Shown piece after piece: positions 36,493 to 45,133 of a stretch of DNA of 64,000 nt. Source of the stretch: Gammaproteobacteria bacterium (GTDB lineage Bacteria; Pseudomonadota; Gammaproteobacteria; JADZEE01); assembly GCA_965225625.1 (NCBI GenBank), contig CBDDBH010000002.1, positions 7,156-71,155 on the forward strand, in the 5' to 3' direction. Below the pieces are notes generated by a model, which saw nothing but the letters and a program-made list of their open reading frames with translations, did not search any database and was not told the DNA's origin. The number at the start of each line of letters is the position of its first letter. The first letter of the stretch is position 1. The position numbers and the translations under genes are program-made.

Positions 36493-37481
36493 TGGGTAAT
36501 GTCGTTGCAGGAATAGGTACCTCCCACAGTCCGGCGCTCAACATGACGCCGCCGGCTTGGCGTGTCAGGGCAGAAGTCCTCGACAAAACCAAAGTGCCGT
36601 TGTTCGATCCCCTCGGCAAGCGCGTGACCTACGAGGAAGCCCTCGCAAACGCGGACCCTGCAATCGCAAACGAGATAACCGACGAAGTTCTGGACAGGCG
36701 CCATGCTTCGAATCAGCGCGCCATCGCCGCAATCACGCAGATATTGCACGACTGCAAGCCCGATGTGATGGTCATCATCGGCGACGATCACCACGAGGTG
36801 TTCAAAGAAGACAACCTGCCGTCGCTGGCCATCTGCTGCGGTGAATCAGTGCCCTTTCTGCCGACCGGGATTTTAAAATGGCCTTATCAGCCAGAACTCA
36901 AAACCGATCTCTGGTATCCGGAACAACGTGTGGAGTATCCGGTCGCTACGGATCTGGCCAGCCACATCGTTGGCTCGCTGACCGAGAACAACTTTGATGT
37001 TGCTTGCTCGCGCTATCATGCGGACGGCGTGGGAATGAGTCACGCCTTCGCATTCCCGTATTGGCGGTTGATGCAGGAGCGCATAATTCCGACGATTCCC
37101 GTGTACTTGAACACCTACTTCCCGCCCAACCAGATGTCGCCCCAGCGCTGTTATAACGTAGGTCGCGGCATCAAGGAGGCGGTCGAGAGTTGGGATGCAG
37201 ACACACGCGTGGCTGTTGTCGCCACCGGTGGGCTGAGCCATTTTCTTATTGACGAGGAGTTGGATCAGGAGTTCATCACTGCGCTCCAGAGCCGCGGCCA
37301 GGAGAGCATCACGGGATTACCGGTCGAGAAGTTGAACGGCGGCACCTCTGAGCTGAGAAACTGGATTGCGCTCGCCGGCGCCGTCGAACATCTCGACACA
37401 ATGAAACTCGTCGATTACGTGCCCTGTTACCGGTCGCTCGCCGGCACGGGTTGTGCGATGACCTTCGCGCACTGGCACTAG
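36492..37481 (+). CDS. LigB-family extradiol dioxygenase (DesZ/gallate-type)
   Basis: GIGTSHSP, GDDHHEVF, SHAF, TGGLSHF, GTSELRNWI, YVPCYRSLAGTG. Confidence 0.88.
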   Translation: MGNVVAGIGTSHSPALNMTPPAWRVRAEVLDKTKVPLFDPLGKRVTYEEALANADPAIANEITDEVLDRRHASNQRAIAAITQILHDCKPDVMVIIGDDHHEVFKEDNLPSLAICCGESVPFLPTGILKWPYQPELKTDLWYPEQRVEYPVATDLASHIVGSLTENNFDVACSRYHADGVGMSHAFAFPYWRLMQERIIPTIPVYLNTYFPPNQMSPQRCYNVGRGIKEAVESWDADTRVAVVATGGLSHFLIDEELDQEFITALQSRGQESITGLPVEKLNGGTSELRNWIALAGAVEHLDTMKLVDYVPCYRSLAGTGCAMTFAHWH

Positions 37482-37625
37482 CAGGCTGTTAAAAAAGTCT
37501 CAGGCGAGTGCAAGACAAGGCGAAATCGGACCAAATTGCGCAGTGTACACGCCAGTACACGAGCATTTTTCGTCCGATTTCAACGCAGTATTGTGCCGGC
37601 TGAGGGTTTTTCAACAGCCTGCTAG
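37478..37625. mobile_element. MITE-like non-autonomous element (148 bp)
   Basis: Terminal inverted repeats CTAGCAGGCTGTT(A/G)AAAAA, 19 bp with 1 mismatch and CTAG at both ends; internal IRs aaatcggac/gtccgattt and gtgtac/gtacac; no ORF. Confidence 0.8.
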
Positions 37626-37646
37626 GGAGCGCACCGGAGGACGACC

Positions 37647-38924
37647 ATGTTTACAGCCCAAGACAACGATTTGCTGATGCGCGTCGGCCCCGGGACGCCA
37701 ATGGGCGATCTGTTCCGGCGATTCTGGGTACCGTTCATGATTGATGAGGAGCTTGCCGAACCGGATGCGACGCCCAAGCCCGTCACACTGCTCGGAGAGG
37801 AGTTGCTCGCATTTCGAGATTCGGACCGAAGGATCGGCCTGGTGCAGCGTTATTGTGCGCACCGGCGCGTCGATTTGTACTACGGCCGTAACGAGGAGTG
37901 CGGGTTGCGCTGTGCCTACCACGGCTGGAAATACGACGTTGAAGGCCGCTGTGTCGACATGCCGTCGGAACCCGCGGATTCGACGTTCAAGGACGAGGTG
38001 CGACTGACGGCCTATCCGACACGCGAATGGGGTGGCGTGATCTGGGCCTACATGGGCCCGGCGGAACTTCAATCGGAGCCACCCCAGTTTGAATGGGGTC
38101 GGGTACCGGCGGAACAACGCTACGTCGGCAAGCGTTTGCAGGAGACCAACTATGCCGCCGGCGTGGAAGGCGGGATCGATTCGAGTCACGTTTCAATCCT
38201 GCACAGTCTGCTGGATCCTGATAAACCCGATCTTCCGTATAGCGAACGCCAGAAGGCACTCGTTTCAACTCTGCCATACCTCGCCGCCGACACGCGACCG
38301 AAATTCTTTGTAAATCCCACTGATTACGGTTTCCTGGTGGCAGCCAGGCGAGCGGCGGACGCAGAGCATTATTATTGGCGCATTTCGCAGTTTCTGATGC
38401 CCTTCTACACCATCGTGCCGCGCTCCAGCCAAGATGCACCGATGTTCTGGCATTCGTGGACCCCCATCGATGATGAACGTTGCTGGGTATTCACCATCAC
38501 CTGGTCACCGGATAAACCACTGACACTGGAAACAAGGGATGCCCGCGGCGTACATGCAGAAGTGCTGAATGACGGATCCTATCGACCAACACACAGCCGG
38601 CAGAACGAATACCTGATTGATAGAGAAGTGCAACGCACTCGTTCAACTTCGGGCATCGAGGGCATTGGCAATCAGGACTCCGCAATCCAGGAAAGTATGG
38701 GTGCGACCGTCGATCGATCGAAAGAGATGCTGGGTTCCAGCGACACCGCCATCGTCGCTTTTCGCAAACTGCTGTTGAAGTCGGCGCAGGCACTGCAGGA
38801 AGGAAAAGCGCCGAAAGCTCCGCTTCATCCTGAGTGGTACCGCGTACGTTCCGGCGGCGTCGTCGTTCCTAAGAACGACGATTTCAAGGAAGCGGCGCGC
38901 GATATGCTGATCGCAGAAGTTTAA
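37647..38924 (+). CDS. Rieske oxygenase, phthalate 4,5-dioxygenase/LigXa-like alpha subunit
   Basis: RVGPGTPMGDLFRRFW, CAHRR...CAYHGWKYD, EGGIDSSHVSILH, QDSAIQESMG. Confidence 0.9.
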   Translation: MFTAQDNDLLMRVGPGTPMGDLFRRFWVPFMIDEELAEPDATPKPVTLLGEELLAFRDSDRRIGLVQRYCAHRRVDLYYGRNEECGLRCAYHGWKYDVEGRCVDMPSEPADSTFKDEVRLTAYPTREWGGVIWAYMGPAELQSEPPQFEWGRVPAEQRYVGKRLQETNYAAGVEGGIDSSHVSILHSLLDPDKPDLPYSERQKALVSTLPYLAADTRPKFFVNPTDYGFLVAARRAADAEHYYWRISQFLMPFYTIVPRSSQDAPMFWHSWTPIDDERCWVFTITWSPDKPLTLETRDARGVHAEVLNDGSYRPTHSRQNEYLIDREVQRTRSTSGIEGIGNQDSAIQESMGATVDRSKEMLGSSDTAIVAFRKLLLKSAQALQEGKAPKAPLHPEWYRVRSGGVVVPKNDDFKEAARDMLIAEV

Positions 38925-38939
38925 TTCGGTTGGGCGTTC

Positions 38940-39010
38940 GCTTAACGACTAGGCTCAGGGTATCCACTAAACCGTAGCAACTATCGCGTCGGCCCTGCGC
39001 CTGGCTAGGT
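38940..39010 (-). mobile_element. attC site of cassette 2 (71 bp)
   Basis: Minus strand ACCTAGC (degenerate R'') ... GCAGGG/CCCTG and AGGC/GCCT paired arms ... GTTAAGC (R', GTTRRRY), just after the cassette stop codon. Confidence 0.65.
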
Positions 39011-39019
39011 GTTGCGGAT

Positions 39020-39460
39020 TCAATTCTCCTTTTTGCAGAGGCTCGGACGAAACTCTTGGTCCATGGTTCCCTCGGTGCATTTCCATTCAAGTTTGTATGA
39101 ACCTTCAATGATCTTGCCGGAAAATACGATTGTCTTGTTGTGGATTTCCTCAAACACGATTGTGCTTCCTTTTACATATTCGACCGTAATTCTTCCGCGC
39201 GAGTAACTAATATTCTCCACGAACTGAGAGGCCGTTAGTTCGTCGTCTAAGTGTAGGTCTTCCAGGTTCGTTGGCCAGTTTTTATGTTCTGAAACGTGTC
39301 GACTAACTGCTGCTCTAATGTGCGCCACCGCGGAAATGCCTTCCCGGACGGCGTGCCGCGGCGTGTAATCGTCGCCAGTGCCCAAGAAGGCGGGCATAGA
39401 GGCGAACAGGACCAGGAATACGGTAATTAGGACGAGCGATAGCGTAAAAGTTTTGCTCAT
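39020..39460 (-). CDS. Integron cassette gene: pilin-domain membrane protein
   Basis: N-terminal TM helix, AVREGISAV...WP, C-terminal WKC...RPSLC disulfide loop typical of type IVa pilin globular domains; ATG 39460 follows GTTAGGT. Confidence 0.7.
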   Translation of the reverse strand: MSKTFTLSLVLITVFLVLFASMPAFLGTGDDYTPRHAVREGISAVAHIRAAVSRHVSEHKNWPTNLEDLHLDDELTASQFVENISYSRGRITVEYVKGSTIVFEEIHNKTIVFSGKIIEGSYKLEWKCTEGTMDQEFRPSLCKKEN

Positions 39461-39472
39461 TCGACGTTGGCC

Positions 39473-39642
39473 ACCTAACGAGGCTGTAGAAAAAGTCCCG
39501 TGAATCGAAAAAAGGTCCAATCCAGGGATGCTAAAACCATTACACCACTCCGGATCACCATTCTCAACGCCATGGTCAGAGACGGCAACGATTGGAGTGA
39601 AAAATATGTCTCGACGTTGCAAATCACAGTCGCTGGTTAGGC
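39473..39642 (-). mobile_element. Atypical long attC-like site of cassette 1 (170 bp)
   Basis: Minus strand GCCTAAC at 39642-39636 and GTTAGGT at 39479-39473; complementary R boxes; weak CTGTGA/TCTACAG inner pairing. Confidence 0.6.
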
Positions 39643-39657
39643 GACAGTTCGCTCAGA

Positions 39658-39969
39658 TTACGCCGCTGTATTTTGAAGATGTTCCCAAAATGACTCGCCA
39701 TCGATGTCACCGAATTCATCCACGAGTTCCGTTGAGACGTTCGTGAGGTACTTATCGTAAACCGTTTCTCGTTCGTGTTTTAGCGGAGACGCGCAGTAAC
39801 AGCTTTCATACCACTCGATCGTGTTTGGACTGGTAACTTTTGCTTCTTTCATCGCCGACACAATCGCAGTGCCATCAGGTCTCTGTTTCTGGACGGTACC
39901 GTCGGTCAGCACTTTGTAAAAGGCTGCGACCTTATTCGGGATCAGATCGGCTTTCACTTTGTATTTCAC
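39658..39969 (-). CDS. Integron cassette gene: hypothetical protein
   Basis: 103 aa, GTG start with AGGAG RBS right after GTTAGGC; WYESCYCASPLKHER motif. Confidence 0.75.
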   Translation of the reverse strand: MKYKVKADLIPNKVAAFYKVLTDGTVQKQRPDGTAIVSAMKEAKVTSPNTIEWYESCYCASPLKHERETVYDKYLTNVSTELVDEFGDIDGESFWEHLQNTAA

Positions 39970-39985
39970 TATTACTCCTGTTGCC

Positions 39986-40012
39986 GCCTAACTATAAGTA
40001 GGGGACCTAAAA
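39986..40012 (-). mobile_element. attI recombination site
   Basis: GTTAGGC (GTTRRRY) at 39992-39986 between the intI 5' end and the first cassette. Confidence 0.7.
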
Positions 40013-40128
40013 TCCGAAGTTTTAATCATACGTTGGGCCGAAATAATTCAATTGACTCCTTAAAAGCAACGATTTAGGGTTCAATAGTACGGACACTTTT
40101 AGTAAGGCATAGAGCAAGGAGGCTCGCC

Positions 40129-41301
40129 ATGGAAAATCCCCGCCTGTTGAATCAGGTCCGCGACGCATTACGGCTTCGGCACTACAGTATTCGCACCGAG
40201 CAGACTTACCTGCAGTGGATTAAGCGCTTCATTCTGTTCCACCACAAACGTCACCCGTCGGAAATGGGCGAAGCCGAGGTGTCCGCGTTCCTGACCGACC
40301 TCGCCAGAGAGCGAAACGTCGCCGCCTCCACTCAGAATCAAGCCCTTTCGGCGATTTTGTTTCTGTACAAGCATGTTCTCGAACGCGACTTGCCGTGGCT
40401 CAGCGACGTTGTACGGGCAAGGCAGCCGGAGAAACTGCCGTTTATTATCGCCCGACAGGATGTGGAGCGGGTGCTGAACCTGATGCACGGGCGGCAGCAA
40501 CTTATCGCGCGCCTTATCTACGGGACCGGCATGCGAGTGATGGAAGCGTTACGTCTGCGGGTGCATGACGTCGACTTTGAATATCGGCAGACCATCGTCC
40601 GCTCCGGCAAGGGCGGCAAGGACCGTGTCACCGTCTTGCCTGACACGATAATTGCAGACCTGGAGCGCCATCTTGCTCGCGTCAAGGGTTTGCACACTTC
40701 GGACTTGGCGGCGAGTTATGGCAAGGTGTATCTACCATTTGCGCTTGCGAGAAAGTACCCGAATGCCGCGCGCGAGTGGGAATGGCAGTATGTTTTCCCG
40801 GCCGAGAAACTCTCTACCGATCCCCGCTCTGGCGCGATACATCGGCACCACGTCTCCGATTCCGCTGTTCAGCGTGCCTTACGCCAGGCCGGCAGCAGGG
40901 CGAGACTGGCCAAACGATTGACCCCGCATACCTTGCGGCACTGTTTTGCCACACATTTGCTGGAAGCAGGCTATGACATACGCACCGTGCAGGAGCTGCT
41001 CGGTCACCGCGACGTAAAGACCGCAATGATCTACACGCACGTCATGAAAAAGGGAGCCAGGGGTGTTCGCAGTCCGCTCGACCGCCTTTGCACTAGCTGT
41101 CAGCCCGAATCTTGTGTTCATGTCGAGTTTTTGAAAGCACACCGAAGCCCCGTTCTTTTCATGAAAAAATTCATGCTAGCCAGGTGCGCCGATCGCACTA
41201 CTGTTACTCGCAGCGGCTTGGGGGGAGACCGGCTGCAGTGGGATGGAGCCGGCGGATTCGGTGTTATTAAACGACCGGATCTACACTGTCGATGCCGCTA
41301 A
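40129..41301 (+). CDS. intI: Integron integrase with C-terminal read-through extension
   Basis: [30 protein letters not shown], integron-specific [45 protein letters not shown] at residue 318; ORF runs on to 390 aa. Confidence 0.93.
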   Translation: MENPRLLNQVRDALRLRHYSIRTEQTYLQWIKRFILFHHKRHPSEMGEAEVSAFLTDLARERNVAASTQNQALSAILFLYKHVLERDLPWLSDVVRARQPEKLPFIIARQDVERVLNLMHGRQQLIARLIYGTGMRVMEALRLRVHDVDFEYRQTIVRSGKGGKDRVTVLPDTIIADLERHLARVKGLHTSDLAASYGKVYLPFALARKYPNAAREWEWQYVFPAEKLSTDPRSGAIHRHHVSDSAVQRALRQAGSRARLAKRLTPHTLRHCFATHLLEAGYDIRTVQELLGHRDVKTAMIYTHVMKKGARGVRSPLDRLCTSCQPESCVHVEFLKAHRSPVLFMKKFMLARCADRTTVTRSGLGGDRLQWDGAGGFGVIKRPDLHCRCR

Positions 41302-41466
41302 ACCGTGGGCCGACGCGCTGGCAGTTCGTGGTGATCGGTTCGTCTTCGTGGGGAGTTCGGCTAAGGCGCGGGACTCAATCGGTGAATCAACCGCGGTAAC
41401 CGACCTGCAGGCCAGGATGGTCATGCCGGGTATTCAGGATGCCCACACCCATTTCAAACTAGCTAA
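41161..41466 (+). pseudogene. Frameshifted, truncated secreted amidohydrolase (amidohydrolase 3 family)
   Basis: ATG 41161 MKKFMLAR, frameshift near 41185 into [11 protein letters not shown]...GCSG signal, then RIYTVD...ALAVRGDRFVFVG...VMPGIQDAHTH; homology stops near 41455. Confidence 0.7.
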
Positions 41467-41790
41467 TCATTTCCGGTCAATCTCGAGCACATTGCCTAAC
41501 TGTTCCATCTTGCCGACGCCCGCTTTTACCCTCTCCAATAGATGGGGGGAGACATTCCATTTTTGGCCGTCCTCTGTCACAACGGTTACGGTCTTGCGAT
41601 TGTATTTGACGAGTGTCCCGAGCAACGGCTGACGTCCAGAAGCACGGAAACTAACTTTTTCGCCGACGCTGAACTCCAACATGTCGGCGTGGGCCCTCAT
41701 CGACTCCAGGAACTTAAGTCGCTCAACGATCCGATGATTCAGGTCGATCAATTCAGATTCCGTAAGTTTGTCGATATCGATCTTCATCAT
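41467..41790 (-). CDS. Conserved hypothetical protein (possible SH3/KOW-like fold)
   Basis: 107 aa, IDIDKLTESELIDLNHRIVERLK...VKYNRKTVTV...WNVSP. Confidence 0.75.
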   Translation of the reverse strand: MMKIDIDKLTESELIDLNHRIVERLKFLESMRAHADMLEFSVGEKVSFRASGRQPLLGTLVKYNRKTVTVVTEDGQKWNVSPHLLERVKAGVGKMEQLGNVLEIDRK

Positions 41791-41836
41791 CGTATTGCTC
41801 GATTAGTTCGCGTACCACAGCCTCGCAGTCAATTTG

Positions 41837-42196
41837 TTAACCGCTTGACGGTTCGTTTTTGCCCAATAGACGACCAACTCTGAACGAGTCGACAATACCA
41901 AAAACCCAAGAAATAAGAAAAACCAGCGCAGCAATGTTGATGAGGGGGGCTTGGCTTCCAGATAATTGCATTGCGACTAATTCTTTAATTGTTTCGATAT
42001 CTAGCGGTACTTCACCACGTTGGATTTTCTCAACTATTTGTAGAGTTCTCTCTACCGCTTCAACAATCACTATAGTGAGAGCCGCAAAAGCAACACTAGC
42101 CAATAAGATGCCGACAATACGCTTCTTTAAGAAATAGTGGCCGGCACCAGGAAACACCAGGGCTGATAAAAGCGCGGCTGTCAGTGGCTGTCCCAT
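41837..42196 (-). CDS. Small membrane protein
   Basis: AALLSALVFPGAGHYFLK motif with 2-3 TM segments; AT-rich; ATG 42196 preferred as start. Confidence 0.75.
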   Translation of the reverse strand: MGQPLTAALLSALVFPGAGHYFLKKRIVGILLASVAFAALTIVIVEAVERTLQIVEKIQRGEVPLDIETIKELVAMQLSGSQAPLINIAALVFLISWVFGIVDSFRVGRLLGKNEPSSG

Positions 42197-42264
42197 CACA
42201 TATGACAACGTTCGATATTATGCGGCCTGAAAATATACATATCGACAACACTCAGTGACGGCAG

Positions 42265-43485
42265 CTAGGCGATGATTTCCTGTTTGCGCCAAGCGTTAAC
42301 CTGCTCAGCGCCGTAACCCAGATCCGTAAGTATTTCCTGCGTGTGTTCTCCCAGAGTCGGCGCGCGCTGCTGGATGCGACCCGGTGTTTCACTCATGTGT
42401 ACGGGGATCCCGGCGATCTGTACTGGCTTTTGTGTGTGGGGGTGATCAATGTCGACTAGCATGCCGCGCTCGGTGAAGTGAGGGTCGGTGGTGATGTCAC
42501 TGATATCGTACACCGGACCAAACGGGATCCTGCCACCGAGCAGTGCACCCAATTCCTGCTTTGTACGCTCGCGGGTGAAGTCCTCAATGGTTTCGTAAAC
42601 CAAATCCTGATTTTCGATGCGTGCGGGTAATGTCGTGAAACGCGGATTTTCAATCCACTCCGGGCGTTGTATGACTTCGCACAGGATTTGCCACTCTTTG
42701 GGTGCGCGCGCGCAGATGGCGACCCAACCGTCTTTGGCCCGGACGATGCCGTATGGGCAGACCAGCGGGTGACGGTTGCCTTCGGGCGCGGGCACTGTGC
42801 CGGCAAAAGAATGTTGATGTACCACGCGCTCACAGACGGCGAGCACACCGTCCACCATGGCAATATCCACAAATTGACCGTGCCCGGTTCGTTCGGCATG
42901 AAACAGCGCGGCGACTACGCCGAATGCCAACATGGAACCGGGGATCATATCGCCTACACCGGGGCCAATTTTCGTGGGTGTGACGGCATCGGGACCGGTG
43001 ATGGCCATGATGCCGCCCATCGCCTGCGCGACAATGTCGAAGGCGGGCCAATCGGCATATGGACTGGCTCCGGAACGGGAATCGCCGAAACCGCGTACCG
43101 TCGCATAGACTAACTTGGGATTGCGCTGCCGCAGCTTTTCATAGGAAAGATCCCAGTTATCCATGACCTCGTTGCGAAAATTCTCGACCAAAGCGTCTGC
43201 ATCCTCGATCAAGCGCAACAGGATCTCGCGCGCTGCGGGCTGTTTAAGATCCAGCACGATGCTGCGTTTGTTGCGGTTGATGCTGGAGAAATAGCCGCCG
43301 TGGTCGTGCACCTCGTCGTCACTACGAAATGGGCCGAGTTGGCGGGTCATGTCGCCCATTGGCGGCTCAACTTTTATAACTTCAGCGCCGTGATCGGCGA
43401 GCATCTGGGTACAGAAAGGTCCGGCCAGCATACGGGTGAGATCGATCACTTTGACGCCGTGCAGTGCGCCAGTGCTGCTGCTCAT
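42265..43485 (-). CDS. CaiB/BaiF (family III) CoA-transferase
   Basis: VIDLTRMLAGPF, EVIKVEPP, NRNKRSIVLDLK, ENFR, FDIVAQAMGG; ATGA overlap with the MaoC stop. Confidence 0.92.
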   Translation of the reverse strand: MSSSTGALHGVKVIDLTRMLAGPFCTQMLADHGAEVIKVEPPMGDMTRQLGPFRSDDEVHDHGGYFSSINRNKRSIVLDLKQPAAREILLRLIEDADALVENFRNEVMDNWDLSYEKLRQRNPKLVYATVRGFGDSRSGASPYADWPAFDIVAQAMGGIMAITGPDAVTPTKIGPGVGDMIPGSMLAFGVVAALFHAERTGHGQFVDIAMVDGVLAVCERVVHQHSFAGTVPAPEGNRHPLVCPYGIVRAKDGWVAICARAPKEWQILCEVIQRPEWIENPRFTTLPARIENQDLVYETIEDFTRERTKQELGALLGGRIPFGPVYDISDITTDPHFTERGMLVDIDHPHTQKPVQIAGIPVHMSETPGRIQQRAPTLGEHTQEILTDLGYGAEQVNAWRKQEIIA

Positions 43486-43961
43486 CGTTCGCTCCAATGA
43501 CTGCGGCGTTTGACCAACACCCGGCGTTCAGCCTCCATCACCGTCTTATCATCCTGGTTAACACCCCAATGACGGAATCTGACGATGCCGGCATCGGCTT
43601 GGTCGGCATCACTTAGCTGCAGGACTTCGGTATACGCGTACAGGGTGTCGCCGTGATGTACGGCTGCGGTTAGTTTCAATTTGTCGACGCCGAGTTCCGC
43701 CAATGCATTTTCAGCGGTGTCCTGGCTGGCGAGGCCAATAACCAACGCGGTGGTGATACCGCCGAACACAATGCGGCGTTTGAAGGGTAACTGCTGCGCC
43801 GCATGCTCATTGAAGTGCGCTTGCGCAGTATTCATCACCAAGTTGGTCAGCAGCACGTTTTCAAGCGCTTCGACGGTCTTGCCGCGCGAGTGCCGAATTA
43901 CATCGCCGACGACGAAGTCTTCGAAATAGTTATCATTGCCGGTCAGCGCGGAAAGGCTCAA
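43482..43961 (-). CDS. MaoC family dehydratase
   Basis: YFEDFVVGDVIRH, NTAQAHFN, RRIVFGG, VHHGDTL. Confidence 0.88.
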   Translation of the reverse strand: MSLSALTGNDNYFEDFVVGDVIRHSRGKTVEALENVLLTNLVMNTAQAHFNEHAAQQLPFKRRIVFGGITTALVIGLASQDTAENALAELGVDKLKLTAAVHHGDTLYAYTEVLQLSDADQADAGIVRFRHWGVNQDDKTVMEAERRVLVKRRSHWSER

Positions 43962-43962
43962 T

Positions 43963-45129
43963 TCAGCGGCTCCGTCCCAACAGGCGATCGGAGATGATAC
44001 GAAGCTGGATCTCGGACGTGCCTTCGAAGATCTTGGTCAACCTAGCGTCGCGCCAATAACGCTCTGCCGCAACCAACTTCGTGTAGCCGGCACCGCCGTG
44101 GATTTGCATGCCTTCGCTGGTGACGCGTTCCGCCATTTCACTTGCGACATACTTGGCCATTGCCGCTTCCAGATCACAGCGTTCGCCTTGGTCGATCTTG
44201 TCGCACACGGAGTACATGAGTTGGCGGCTGGCTTCTATCTGGGCCGCCATATCGGCAATCTTGAAACGGATGGCCTGAAACTCCCCGATAGGACGGCCGA
44301 ATTGCTGACGCTCCAATGCGTAAGCACTCGCATCTTCCAATGCACCACGTGCCACGCCGACCGCGCGGGCAGCAGTATGGGCGCGGCCGATTTCCAGACC
44401 CGCGGTGGCAATGTAGAACCCCCTGCCTTCTTCACCGATCAGGTTCTCACCCGGGACACGGACGTTATCGAACGCGAGCTCAAAGGTCTTCCAGCCGAAA
44501 TAACCAATCTTCGGAATAGCTGTCGCATGTATGTTGTCGGGAAACGTTCCGCGTGGCTTGTCGACCAGCAACGCGCTGATACCGCGGTGCCGACGCTCGG
44601 GATCTATCTCGGGATCGGTACGCACCATGACGATGATGAAGTCGGCTCGATCGGCCATGGTGCACCAATACTTATTGCCATTGATAACCCACGAGTCACC
44701 ATCGCGGCGTGCCCGGCAACTGATATTGGCAGCATCCGAGCCGGCGTTCGGTTCAGACAATGAAAAAGCACCCCGATAGGCGCCGCTCGCCAAACGCGGC
44801 GCTATGCGTTCAAGCTGCTCTTGCGTCAACACCGACAGCGGCACCAACGTGTTGAAGGTACAACTGCGAATAATACTGCCAACGCTCATCCAGGCGCGCG
44901 CAAGTTCCTCGGTGATGAGACAGTACTCAAAGCAGCCTAGCCCCAGACCGCCATATTTCTCGGGAATAACAATGCCGAGGAAACCCATATCGGCGAGTTG
45001 CTCGAGCAGGCTTTCCGGAATATCGCCCTGTTCGGGATCGAGTTTGTTCGCAAGCGGCAGCACTTCGCGCATGGCGAACTCGCGCGCCGCTTGCTGCAGC
45101 ATCCGCCGTTCTTCGGTCATGTAGGTCAA
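43963..45129 (-). CDS. Acyl-CoA dehydrogenase
   Basis: LSEPNAGSD, NGNKYWCT, GEEGRGF, QFGRPIGEFQ, IHGGAGY, KIFEGTSEIQ. Confidence 0.92.
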   Translation of the reverse strand: MTYMTEERRMLQQAAREFAMREVLPLANKLDPEQGDIPESLLEQLADMGFLGIVIPEKYGGLGLGCFEYCLITEELARAWMSVGSIIRSCTFNTLVPLSVLTQEQLERIAPRLASGAYRGAFSLSEPNAGSDAANISCRARRDGDSWVINGNKYWCTMADRADFIIVMVRTDPEIDPERRHRGISALLVDKPRGTFPDNIHATAIPKIGYFGWKTFELAFDNVRVPGENLIGEEGRGFYIATAGLEIGRAHTAARAVGVARGALEDASAYALERQQFGRPIGEFQAIRFKIADMAAQIEASRQLMYSVCDKIDQGERCDLEAAMAKYVASEMAERVTSEGMQIHGGAGYTKLVAAERYWRDARLTKIFEGTSEIQLRIISDRLLGRSR

Positions 45130-45133
45130 CGCA

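Noticed and set aside
39993-40128. LexA (SOS) box upstream of intI
   Set aside because: No CTGT-N8-ACAG match on either strand
43936-44763. Long antisense ORFs (also 11066-11707, 56464-57222, 57626-58468, 34775-35461)
   Set aside because: Each lies opposite a well-supported gene and shows no recognisable family motif
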